From an uncultured virus (IMG/VR IMGVR_UViG_2891407665_000020) (Duplodnaviria > Heunggongvirae > Uroviricota > Caudoviricetes): a stretch of 64,000 nt of DNA. Under the pieces are notes generated by a model. The model did not search any database, had not been told where the DNA came from, and saw only the letters and a program-made list of their open reading frames with translations. The stretch is from the IMG/VR virus record IMGVR_UViG_2891407665_000020. One strand, written 5' to 3'. A program made the position numbers and the translations under genes. Of the stretch, positions 38,129 to 46,788 are shown one piece after another (within the stretch, counting starts at the first letter, position 1; every line of letters begins with the position of its first letter).

Positions 38129-39584
38129 ATACTATGTGGAGCTCGGCTCTGTTATAAAAACTTCCTTGTTTGATGATGAGTACTTAATTGCCTATGAAGA
38201 GTATAAATACAATGTCGGGATACTGAATACCTTGGCGTCACGGTTGACAGACAGTCATGCAGACTCTGCGATTGTTATTACCCATGGCACGCTTTATAAA
38301 GGTGAACTGGCGGAAAGCTATATGGCGTTTTCGTTGCCAATCAACGGGAACAAATACTATTGCAACCTGAATAAAATTGATGTCGATACCATGCTGTCAT
38401 TATTGGACAGGATCCATGTGAAGTCCGTGCGTGTCGTGGATAAGTTCGGGTATTATGAATCATTGTCTGCACAGGATAATGTCATTATTATTGATAAGGC
38501 TGCAGACCTGTACCTAATTTATGTAAAACAAGATGACAACAGACAGATTTCTTACGTGCCGAGCGCTGACCTTGAAGATGCTATCGTCAGGACAATGGCA
38601 AGGACCGGCATTACGAATGTCATTAACGCATTCAGTGAGTTTGTGAAGAATGACCGTCTCAGCGTCAAGAACCTGGAAGGGGTTGACCCTGATAAAGTGC
38701 AGTCCCTGCTTGCTGCTTTATCTACATGCTGTTATGCAGATTCAGAATTGTCGAGTAATTATGAGTTGAAAATTAATTCTGTAGATGTAACAGCTGCCCA
38801 GTCGACAAGGCTGGAGCTGCCACAAGAGGACAATATTAGTAATGCACAGAAGGAAAACGCCACCGCTGACGGATTTGATGGCCTTATTGAGTACGAGCCG
38901 GATGAGTTTGATGCGCCAAGCAAGAGTGAAGAAGAATTCTACAGTAACAGCATCACTGGCAGTGATAGCGCAAAGAACGCGGCAGGGGACAATTGTACAC
39001 CGTCGGGGATAGGTTCATCACAGGCGTGCGACGCAGGATCTGGAGAATCTGAAAGAATTACACGTGGAAGCAGTGACGATAGCGCAATTGAAGAGCAAGA
39101 TGATATCAGTATGGTCAACTTGGGAGAAAGAAGCGGAACAGAGAACCGTAAGCATTTTCCATTGGCTCCGATTTTAGCATTCTGCCTGGCAGCTTGCGTC
39201 TGTGGCACGGTTATACTCAAGATACAGGGCGATATTTGGGGGCGTAAAAGTATTTCGCTGCGCAATGAAATTGCAGACCTAAAAACATCCCGTGAATCCA
39301 TCGAATCAGTTCTTGCAGGCGGAGGGACAGCGGTGGAACTTAGTGATAAGGACGCCTCAATTTTAGAGAAGCTGGGGGCATTCTCCGTTGACGGATATTT
39401 AGGAGAGATCACTGTGAACAGAAATTCTTATGAAGTGCTGACATACCTCTATAATCAGGAGGACAGTAAGAGTGTAGAGGAGTCTATTAACAGTTACGCA
39501 CAAGTAGAACGTTCAGAGTTCTATGGCGTTTTGGATGTCATGGATAAAAGACTTTATAAATTTAAGTACACTTTAAAGAGATAG
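38121..39584 (+). CDS. PilM-PilN-like fusion candidate
   Basis: N-terminal alpha/beta domain (YYVELGS; VIIIDK...YLIYV), acidic linker, one TM, coiled coil, and a small C-terminal domain ending YKFKYTLK. Confidence 0.45.
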   Translation: MIRYYVELGSVIKTSLFDDEYLIAYEEYKYNVGILNTLASRLTDSHADSAIVITHGTLYKGELAESYMAFSLPINGNKYYCNLNKIDVDTMLSLLDRIHVKSVRVVDKFGYYESLSAQDNVIIIDKAADLYLIYVKQDDNRQISYVPSADLEDAIVRTMARTGITNVINAFSEFVKNDRLSVKNLEGVDPDKVQSLLAALSTCCYADSELSSNYELKINSVDVTAAQSTRLELPQEDNISNAQKENATADGFDGLIEYEPDEFDAPSKSEEEFYSNSITGSDSAKNAAGDNCTPSGIGSSQACDAGSGESERITRGSSDDSAIEEQDDISMVNLGERSGTENRKHFPLAPILAFCLAACVCGTVILKIQGDIWGRKSISLRNEIADLKTSRESIESVLAGGGTAVELSDKDASILEKLGAFSVDGYLGEITVNRNSYEVLTYLYNQEDSKSVEESINSYAQVERSEFYGVLDVMDKRLYKFKYTLKR

Positions 39585-39596
39585 GTGGTAAATGGC

Positions 39597-40961
39597 ATGA
39601 GATTGGCAGGATTTTACGGATTGACCGCCCCGTTTGTTATCCTTTTGTACCAGGAGGCCGGTGCGAAGAAATTGGCAGATTTTTGTGAAAAGCTTAACAA
39701 CTACAGCGATAAGGATAATATTGAATTTGCAAAATGCGAGCTTATGTATTTTAAGAAAGCTATCGACCGTATCCCGTTATTACGTAAATCTGAAATGGAT
39801 GAATACTTTACAGATGCTGAGGAGATAGCTTATTGCAATTGCAGTAAATTAAGCGGATATAAGGGCGATGCCGGCGTGCTCATGGGCAAGGTTAAGAGGG
39901 GAATCATGGTACGGGTGGCAGAAGAACTTTTGGATAGCAGTCTGAACAATTTTATTGCAGTGGAGCGTTTCAGTAATGTGAAGATACGCAATTGCATAGC
40001 AGATGCTGTTACGGATTTTATTGGCAGGGAAAGCTTTAGCATCGGGACTATACCCAGTGTGGCAAAGAAAATCTCACGAAAATTTATAAACAGACGTAAA
40101 ATGTGCAAGGACACTGCTGAGCTCGAGCGTCTTAATAAAAAGATTATGTCCGAGTTCAGAATAACACTTGAATGCTCTGACACGGTAGTGGTTAATGGTA
40201 ATACAGTTGTGTTAACAGATGATGAACGGAAAGTTTTACAGTATTTTGTGTGCCATAAGTGTGACATAGATACCATCATTAAACTGCTGAATACCAGTGG
40301 CGCCAATAGTGTGGAAATTTTTGGGTCAAGGTTTACTGACCTGATGCAGCGAAAACCAACCTACCTATTTAGCGTAGTGGCAAGGGAATTAAACCTTGGG
40401 GATTCCATGAAAGCACAGTTTCTCATAAAGAGCCATAATGATATTCTTGAGCAGCTTCTGGAGTTTAAAAGGCTATTTAATGAGAATATGGCATTGGTTA
40501 GCGAGAGTTGCGTGTTTGGGTTACAGCCTGATGAAGCGCTTGAGATTGTTGACAAGTTCCCGGGAGATGCCAGTGATATCAGGGCGCTCATAAACAGGAA
40601 TGCAATCTGCACTGAGAATCTAGATGAACAGACACTGCAGGCTGTTATGGAGCTTGGGAATATCATTTCAGGGATGGATGTAGAAAAGCTCAACCGCTGT
40701 TTCAGTGTATCGTTGACCGTAGCAGGATGGGAAGACTGCATAGATAAAATGAACAGCCTTGGCATTTATGGGTTGAATTTATACTCGCGGCATCTGTTCA
40801 ATAAATTCCTTGCAAATTCGACATTAAATCTGCTTGACAAGATTATAATCACGGAGCGGCTAAAGACGGAATTTGAGCATGTAATTTCAGAAATAGAAGC
40901 TTTACTTAATACTTTAAAACCGATAGGGGGGAGAGTAGATGAGAAACTTACACATCTTTGA
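39597..40961 (+). CDS. Degenerate sigma70-like protein with C-terminal extension
   Basis: Collinear matches to primary sigma factors: MYFKKAIDRIPLL (region 1.2), IAVERF (2.2), IRNCIADAVTD...IPSVAKKISRKF (2.4-3.0), LTDDERKVL...DIDTIIKLLNTS (4.1-4.2). Confidence 0.55.
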   Translation: MRLAGFYGLTAPFVILLYQEAGAKKLADFCEKLNNYSDKDNIEFAKCELMYFKKAIDRIPLLRKSEMDEYFTDAEEIAYCNCSKLSGYKGDAGVLMGKVKRGIMVRVAEELLDSSLNNFIAVERFSNVKIRNCIADAVTDFIGRESFSIGTIPSVAKKISRKFINRRKMCKDTAELERLNKKIMSEFRITLECSDTVVVNGNTVVLTDDERKVLQYFVCHKCDIDTIIKLLNTSGANSVEIFGSRFTDLMQRKPTYLFSVVARELNLGDSMKAQFLIKSHNDILEQLLEFKRLFNENMALVSESCVFGLQPDEALEIVDKFPGDASDIRALINRNAICTENLDEQTLQAVMELGNIISGMDVEKLNRCFSVSLTVAGWEDCIDKMNSLGIYGLNLYSRHLFNKFLANSTLNLLDKIIITERLKTEFEHVISEIEALLNTLKPIGGRVDEKLTHL

Positions 40962-41970
40962 TGTGTCTGGCGTTGTTTATTATGGCACAACAGGTTCAGC
41001 AGCGAGCAATATAGCAAACACGTTCCGGAAATTCCCGATTGGCGGAATAAAAACATTAATGTCAAGGCTGGCAATGGCATTGGCTGAGAACGGTGATGTT
41101 TTGCTTGCGTTTGACAGCAGGTCATTCAGGAAAGATCTGCTTGATGTGTACAAGGGCGACCGCGCCCCCAATAGGTCAGTAAGCGCTCAGCTGGATTTTT
41201 TATACGACCAGCTGGCGAAAGCAGGGGTTCCCGTTGCTAAGTATGATACATACGAGGCTGACGATATTATAAGCTGGGCAGTAAAGGATTATGTAAGCGC
41301 GTATGATTATATTACCATCTGCTCCAATGACCACGACGTTGCGCATAATGTACAGAACAAGGTTATCATGAAACCATTCAGCAGGAACGATGCTATTATT
41401 TCTGCAATTAATTTCGAGTACACTGTGCAAAAAGGGAAACGCATACAGTTTAACACCATTAGTGCATACAAAGTTTTTATGGGTTGCAGCAGCGATCGGA
41501 TAGCAGTATTTAAAAGCGCTAAGTATAATTCGGAATCTTTGTATAGGTGTTTTTTGAACTTTCTGCGTGAGCACAATTTAGATGGGAACTACGGCGCTAC
41601 GACGGATAAAAAGACATTGGCAATTTTCATTAATACCAGCGGTCTCTTTACGGAAAGTGAAAAGGAAGAGCTTTACAAGAGAATAGACCTTGTGTATCCC
41701 GCCGAGAAACCTGCATGTATTTCACTTCGTCCTGTTAATAAGAACATGCTAGATTTAAGCTCAATTGCGGAAATCTTAATCATGTGCAGGGACAGAGCTT
41801 CAGTGAAGAATCTGGGGGTTGCTTATTTTGATTTATCAGACAGTTTCCTACATCTCTTGGACAGCTACAGCCAAAGCCTAAACAGCGGGGCGTACTCTGT
41901 CGATCGTAACTTGGAAGTAGACCCCAGCTATGAGCTTGATTCTGCAACATTCTTTTTAAAGGAGTTTTGA
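40939..41970 (+). CDS. 5'-3' exonuclease / flap endonuclease (Pol I N-terminal-domain family)
   Basis: IFDVSG, AFDSRSFRKDLLDVYKGDR, YEADDII, CSNDHD, MGCSSDRI. Confidence 0.9.
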   Translation: MRNLHIFDVSGVVYYGTTGSAASNIANTFRKFPIGGIKTLMSRLAMALAENGDVLLAFDSRSFRKDLLDVYKGDRAPNRSVSAQLDFLYDQLAKAGVPVAKYDTYEADDIISWAVKDYVSAYDYITICSNDHDVAHNVQNKVIMKPFSRNDAIISAINFEYTVQKGKRIQFNTISAYKVFMGCSSDRIAVFKSAKYNSESLYRCFLNFLREHNLDGNYGATTDKKTLAIFINTSGLFTESEKEELYKRIDLVYPAEKPACISLRPVNKNMLDLSSIAEILIMCRDRASVKNLGVAYFDLSDSFLHLLDSYSQSLNSGAYSVDRNLEVDPSYELDSATFFLKEF

Positions 41971-41971
41971 T

Positions 41972-42643
41972 ATGAATGTGACATACGAAAGGATACTTCA
42001 GCTGTTCCTGATTGCGCACTCAGATTCACGTATAATTGATGCATTCGCTGTGCACGAAACACCGCTTACTATCATGTACAGCGATTATGTGAAGAGCCAG
42101 CTACATTTGAATGCCGTTTCAAGTTTTTATTCGGTAACACGCAGACGTAATATTTTTGAGTATGCTAAGGCCCTGGAATACCTGGAAGGGGACCTACGAA
42201 ATTTAGGGGATGCACAGAAAGTACTGACATACTTCTACGAAGATATTTCAAAGTTTTTAATGAAAAATAAGAAAGAAGTAAAAGTAAGTTTGGTTGTCGA
42301 TGCTGACTTAAATATACCCGCACAGCATGTTATCTTTGAGGCTGTTAAGGGGATGATGCTAGATATACTTTCCTGTGCTGCTGATAATGCTCCGGAGGTG
42401 CGTAACGTGTTAAGCGAGGTGAATGCATCCATACTGTATGCTGCGCAACAGAGGCAGGGAACCTTATTTGATAAGTTGGAGAAGTTTGAATACTCCGATA
42501 TTTTCGATGAGTATTCACTAAGCGCAGAAAGTGTGAATGATATCTGCTCGCGTATTAACAATATTGTATACGCTAGTATTTTTAAGAAATTTGCTATTTC
42601 TGGCAAACAGGTAAGCGAATTAAGAGAGGTGATTATAGAATGA
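41972..42643 (+). CDS. Hypothetical protein
   Basis: 223 aa, AAGGAG RBS; contains QGTLF. Confidence 0.75.
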   Translation: MNVTYERILQLFLIAHSDSRIIDAFAVHETPLTIMYSDYVKSQLHLNAVSSFYSVTRRRNIFEYAKALEYLEGDLRNLGDAQKVLTYFYEDISKFLMKNKKEVKVSLVVDADLNIPAQHVIFEAVKGMMLDILSCAADNAPEVRNVLSEVNASILYAAQQRQGTLFDKLEKFEYSDIFDEYSLSAESVNDICSRINNIVYASIFKKFAISGKQVSELREVIIE

Positions 42644-43278
42644 AATTTAATGTGGACAAGGGCTGTGGCAGGTTTATTGCCAATGCTATACGGCAGATGA
42701 TTTATGTTAAAAGATACGTGGTACGCCCGGTTGCCTTCAAGGTCGGTATAGACACGAACATACTTACTGCTGGAAACCTTTTTATTGAAGATATGATTAA
42801 GTTTTCGTCGGATTTAAGTTCGTTGCGTTTCGCCTATGATGGTCCGGGAAGCAAATCTGACAGGATTATAAGGCGCGACTGTGTCTGTCATGGGGAACTC
42901 CGTTCCCGCGACTTGGAGGGTGACGGTATCCGGATAGTGGGCGGGCGGTGCAAAGATGATGTACTATTACATACGGTAGCCGGTGATAATACAGACTTTA
43001 CTATTTCCATCATCTTTAGGAACGCACAAGGTGGTTATACGCATGACGAGAATAAATACGCCATTATGGCCAGCTTGAACGGTGCGGAATTAGATAGTTC
43101 CTATGTGGTTATGTCAAGCCGGCATTCAGATGTTATTTCTGTAAAAACCGGTGTCTCCACCGAGATGGACTGTGATGTGGTGGATATTTCTGCAGAAGTG
43201 TACACCGGAGAACCAGAAGATGCCATTGTTAGCGCCGCGTGTGAATCTATGAAATATCTGCTAGGGCAAATAAGCTAA
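42640..43278 (+). CDS. rpoA: RNA polymerase alpha-subunit N-terminal-domain homolog, lacking the alpha-CTD
   Basis: KGCGRFIANAIRQ (cf. RGFGxTLGNALRR), IEDMIKFSSDLSSLRF (cf. xEDVxEIILNLKxLRF), GELRSRDL, ISIIFRNAQGGY (cf. MELxVxxGRGY), EPEDAIVSAA (cf. xPxEALxxAA); stops at aa 212. Confidence 0.72.
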   Translation: MKFNVDKGCGRFIANAIRQMIYVKRYVVRPVAFKVGIDTNILTAGNLFIEDMIKFSSDLSSLRFAYDGPGSKSDRIIRRDCVCHGELRSRDLEGDGIRIVGGRCKDDVLLHTVAGDNTDFTISIIFRNAQGGYTHDENKYAIMASLNGAELDSSYVVMSSRHSDVISVKTGVSTEMDCDVVDISAEVYTGEPEDAIVSAACESMKYLLGQIS

Positions 43279-43345
43279 CGAATTAAGGCTGGAATACGCC
43301 ATTAGAGATACTATAAGCAATTAATGTAAAAAAGGAGGAAGCCTT

Positions 43346-45016
43346 ATGATAACATTGGGCTATTTACAGGAAAGAGGCTTAATTTCGGATGTATTGAAGC
43401 TTTGTGATACGGAAACCCGCGTATTGTGTAAGGCTTCCGAATTTGAGTCCAAGAAAGACGTTGGTTACTGCGATAGTATCGTAGTAATTGATGGTTTCAG
43501 GTGGGTTGCATCTGATACGCCACTTGCGGACAACCCAGCCATCGTTTATTCCTCGGATGGTAACAGTTTATGCTGCTGGAACAGGGATGAACAGAAACTT
43601 ATAAAAAAGGGCATCCAGGATGGTATGCTCGTAGTCACAGAAGTGGTAAAAAATAATTATAAAAAGGAGAATGAAACTATGAGTGATCTTAACAATCTCA
43701 ATCTCGACGACCTGGGGGATGTTAGCATTGACAACACCTTGAGTAATCTGGAAGCTTTCGGAGAAGCGCCTGTAGCAACCGGCAGCATTGTTCCGAAAGA
43801 GAACTTCGAATCCGCAAACCAGAAGTTTTTCCTTCATGCTAAGGAAAATGGGCGTTTCCATGCTTTTGTTACTAAAACACCGACAGCGGTTAAAGCAAGC
43901 AAAACCAGCGTAAAACTGCTGGACGCTAATGGCTGCATCCAGCTTGATCCGGATAACCCACTGACACCGGAAGAGCAGAATACTTTCGACAAGTCCAAGA
44001 AGGCGCCGCTGTCAAAGATTCTGAAAGAACAGGTTGTTACTTTCCGTGAGGCAAAACCAGGCCAAATTGTAGGCGGAATTATTTCTTACCCGGCTGGTAT
44101 CCAGTCAAGCGTTTCTTTTATCGATGACGTGCTTGCTAAGAAAGAGGTTTCTTTCGATCCGAATAATAAAGAAAAGGTCATTAAAGTTCTTCCGTATGAG
44201 CAGCTACTGGCTACCATCGCTGCAATCTTCCATGGTCAGATTCGTGAGGACGACGCCATTATGGGCAAAGAAGCTTCCTGGCTGCAGATTTCCAAGAAAC
44301 AGATTAAGAAGAAAAAAGCTGATGCAGATGTGACGGGCACGGCACAGCCGGCGCAGTATCGCCCGACACTTATTTTAAGGAAAGACACTGCAACAAGAAA
44401 ATCCATGGTTACAGAAAAGAACTATGTTCCTATGGCAGTGTACAAGACGGCGTCACAGCAGCACCTGACGGCTGAGGAAGCTGATGGGCTGAACCTGCAT
44501 GTTGAGTCCGTAATCAAGAATAAAGGGATCTACGACGCGCTGTCAGACTCCACGAAGGCTGATATTAAGTGGGATGATGCAAACAGCGAAGTACGGGTAA
44601 GCTCCGAATACTTCAAGACAAAAGGCCAGTGCAAGCCTATCGTTGTTCCGAGGTACTTTGACAAGACCTTGACCCTGACGGATGTTCTTATCCCGGTCAA
44701 GACCAGGAAAGTGAATAAGAAAGACCCGGCTAAGTTTACGTACAGCTATGTTACTTACAAGCTGGACGACCCAGAGAACGGGCCGCTGGCTAACCCGAAT
44801 TACCGTGATGTAATCGAGAAGTCCGGTCTTTCCCTGGAAGTGTTCGCTGAGGAAGCGAGGAAGCTGACACGCAGGAAGAGCAAAAAGGATGACGAGGATA
44901 CTTCGGTAGATACATACCTGTCTGCAATGCAGGGTGATATCAACAACAAGTCAATGTTTGAGGGCGCAATCATTGATTCCGCAGAATTGACAAAGATTCT
45001 CAAAGGAATTGCCTAA
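43346..45016 (+). CDS. Lysine-rich hypothetical protein, probably abundant; second in-frame start at 43679
   Basis: 556 aa, AAGGAGG RBS, upstream TATAAG, downstream terminator. Confidence 0.85.
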   Translation: MITLGYLQERGLISDVLKLCDTETRVLCKASEFESKKDVGYCDSIVVIDGFRWVASDTPLADNPAIVYSSDGNSLCCWNRDEQKLIKKGIQDGMLVVTEVVKNNYKKENETMSDLNNLNLDDLGDVSIDNTLSNLEAFGEAPVATGSIVPKENFESANQKFFLHAKENGRFHAFVTKTPTAVKASKTSVKLLDANGCIQLDPDNPLTPEEQNTFDKSKKAPLSKILKEQVVTFREAKPGQIVGGIISYPAGIQSSVSFIDDVLAKKEVSFDPNNKEKVIKVLPYEQLLATIAAIFHGQIREDDAIMGKEASWLQISKKQIKKKKADADVTGTAQPAQYRPTLILRKDTATRKSMVTEKNYVPMAVYKTASQQHLTAEEADGLNLHVESVIKNKGIYDALSDSTKADIKWDDANSEVRVSSEYFKTKGQCKPIVVPRYFDKTLTLTDVLIPVKTRKVNKKDPAKFTYSYVTYKLDDPENGPLANPNYRDVIEKSGLSLEVFAEEARKLTRRKSKKDDEDTSVDTYLSAMQGDINNKSMFEGAIIDSAELTKILKGIA

Positions 45017-45022
45017 TCGTGT

Positions 45023-45057
45023 GAAAGAGGGGTGTATGCACCCCTCTTTCTGCTTTT
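45023..45057 (+). terminator. Intrinsic terminator
   Basis: GAAAGAGGGGTG-tatg-CACCCCTCTTTC then TGCTTTT. Confidence 0.85.
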
Positions 45058-45102
45058 ATAGGCATTTGTGCGGAACTGTCAGAATCAGTAGGAGAAATTT
45101 GT

Positions 45103-46314
45103 ATGATTATGCAATTTAGAAATATTGTGGGACAATCAGGTTCAGTTATTCTGCTGCAGCGGGCATTATCGAACGGTAATTTCCCAAAGCTGACAATATT
45201 GGCTGGTTATCATGGGACAGGGAAATCCACGACAGCGCTGCTCTCTGCTATGTCCATTTTGTGTGAAAACCCATCGCAGGGTGAACCCTGTTTAGGATGT
45301 GGAAGCTGTAAACAGCTGCAAAATGCTATAAGTAAGGATATCCCTACCTGTAACTTCATGCGCGTAAATATGGCTGAGAAAAATAGCAGGTCTGATTTTG
45401 GGGAATTGGTTAAAGAGATATTTGTCTTGCAGCCATCCGCCAAGAAATGTGTGTATGTTCTAGAGGAGATGCACGCCGTTAAAGACGAATACTTGCAAAC
45501 CATGTTACTCGAGAGGATTGACGCGATGCCTCCTAATGTCCATATTATTATGACAACTACAGAGTTAAATAAGTTAATAACGCCTTTACGAAGCCGTGCG
45601 AGGGTATTCAGGTTCACCAGGATCAACCAGAATGAGTCAGAAGCGCTTCTGACTCAATGGTGTGCCAATAATTATGTGAGAATCCCTAAAGAGGTCTCAA
45701 GCCTTATCATAAAAAGTGCGGGGGGCGTGCCACGTGAGCTAATCAACCTGGCCGAATTTGTATCAGAGAATAGTGTAACACAGGAAGAACTTATCAACTA
45801 TTTGAATTTGATTGATATTGATGAAATTATAGAGTTGTTTACGGCATTTACAGAGGCACAGATGACTTCCAGCATCATAGCAGCTGATAAAATGTTAAAA
45901 GCACATGAAAAAAGTACTGTTGTGCAGCAGATAAAATCTTTCATACTCGAGGTAATATACCTTATGGAAGGCAATATAACTGGCGATTTCACTAAGGAGC
46001 AGGCAGCGATTGTCAAAGAAGTGTTCAGGAACACAGCATTAGTGCAGCTTGCATCAGTTGGGGAGAAATTAAATGCATATTCTTCTGAAAACGATATAAA
46101 ATTTGCTTTTTTAAAGATGCGGCAAATAATGAGAAATAAATCTATTAAAGACATAGTAAGGGATGACAGGAAAGCTGCCACTTTGCAGCGCAAGGAAGCC
46201 AATTCCGTATTTAAAGATAAAAAAGCTGTTGCACAGGCTGTTTCTAATGCAACAGCCAGCCTTGACAAAGAAACTTTCCTTGAATCCATGAATATGTTTG
46301 GGGGTGATAACTAA
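45103..46314 (+). CDS. dnaX: DNA polymerase III gamma/tau-like clamp-loader ATPase
   Basis: FRNIVGQ, LAGYHGTGKST, CENP...PCLGCGSC zinc motif, VYVLEEMH, IMTTTE, PLRSR, GGVPRELINL. Confidence 0.9.
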   Translation: MIMQFRNIVGQSGSVILLQRALSNGNFPKLTILAGYHGTGKSTTALLSAMSILCENPSQGEPCLGCGSCKQLQNAISKDIPTCNFMRVNMAEKNSRSDFGELVKEIFVLQPSAKKCVYVLEEMHAVKDEYLQTMLLERIDAMPPNVHIIMTTTELNKLITPLRSRARVFRFTRINQNESEALLTQWCANNYVRIPKEVSSLIIKSAGGVPRELINLAEFVSENSVTQEELINYLNLIDIDEIIELFTAFTEAQMTSSIIAADKMLKAHEKSTVVQQIKSFILEVIYLMEGNITGDFTKEQAAIVKEVFRNTALVQLASVGEKLNAYSSENDIKFAFLKMRQIMRNKSIKDIVRDDRKAATLQRKEANSVFKDKKAVAQAVSNATASLDKETFLESMNMFGGDN

Positions 46315-46778
46315 TGAGGGCTGTAATTGGCAGGGAAGTCGATATAAACCAGCCATTGAATTTAAGGCGGCTATCTCCTTGGCAGAAGGTGATAGTCGCT
46401 ATACGGAAAGAACTGTCCGAAAGCTCTTTTTTCCTAAATAGTAAACGCGAACGAATGCAGGAAGCACATAAGGCTAGGATAGTCCGTGAAGACAAAGTGA
46501 AAGAAATGATCCTTACAGAGATATACCAGGAGCTTGTAAAAGGGGCGTCCGGCAAGGGCAGTGACCGCGTACAGAAGATTGTCATCGCTGTGAACCCAGA
46601 ATTTAAGGATGTAATTTTTGATTCCTGCAATAGCGAGGGGGAAGTTGTAAGGCAGGGCATTTTTTCGCATAGTGATTTTTCACAGTATGAGATTGTAGCT
46701 GTTAAAGAGAACGCGGATATACGCAGGGCTTTTTCAAAGATGCCTTATCTGTTTGAAGTATCACGAAAACTAATTTAG
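46314..46778 (+). CDS. Hypothetical protein
   Basis: 154 aa, TAATG coupling to the dnaX-like gene. Confidence 0.75.
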   Translation: MRAVIGREVDINQPLNLRRLSPWQKVIVAIRKELSESSFFLNSKRERMQEAHKARIVREDKVKEMILTEIYQELVKGASGKGSDRVQKIVIAVNPEFKDVIFDSCNSEGEVVRQGIFSHSDFSQYEIVAVKENADIRRAFSKMPYLFEVSRKLI

Positions 46779-46788
46779 GAGGTGCGAT

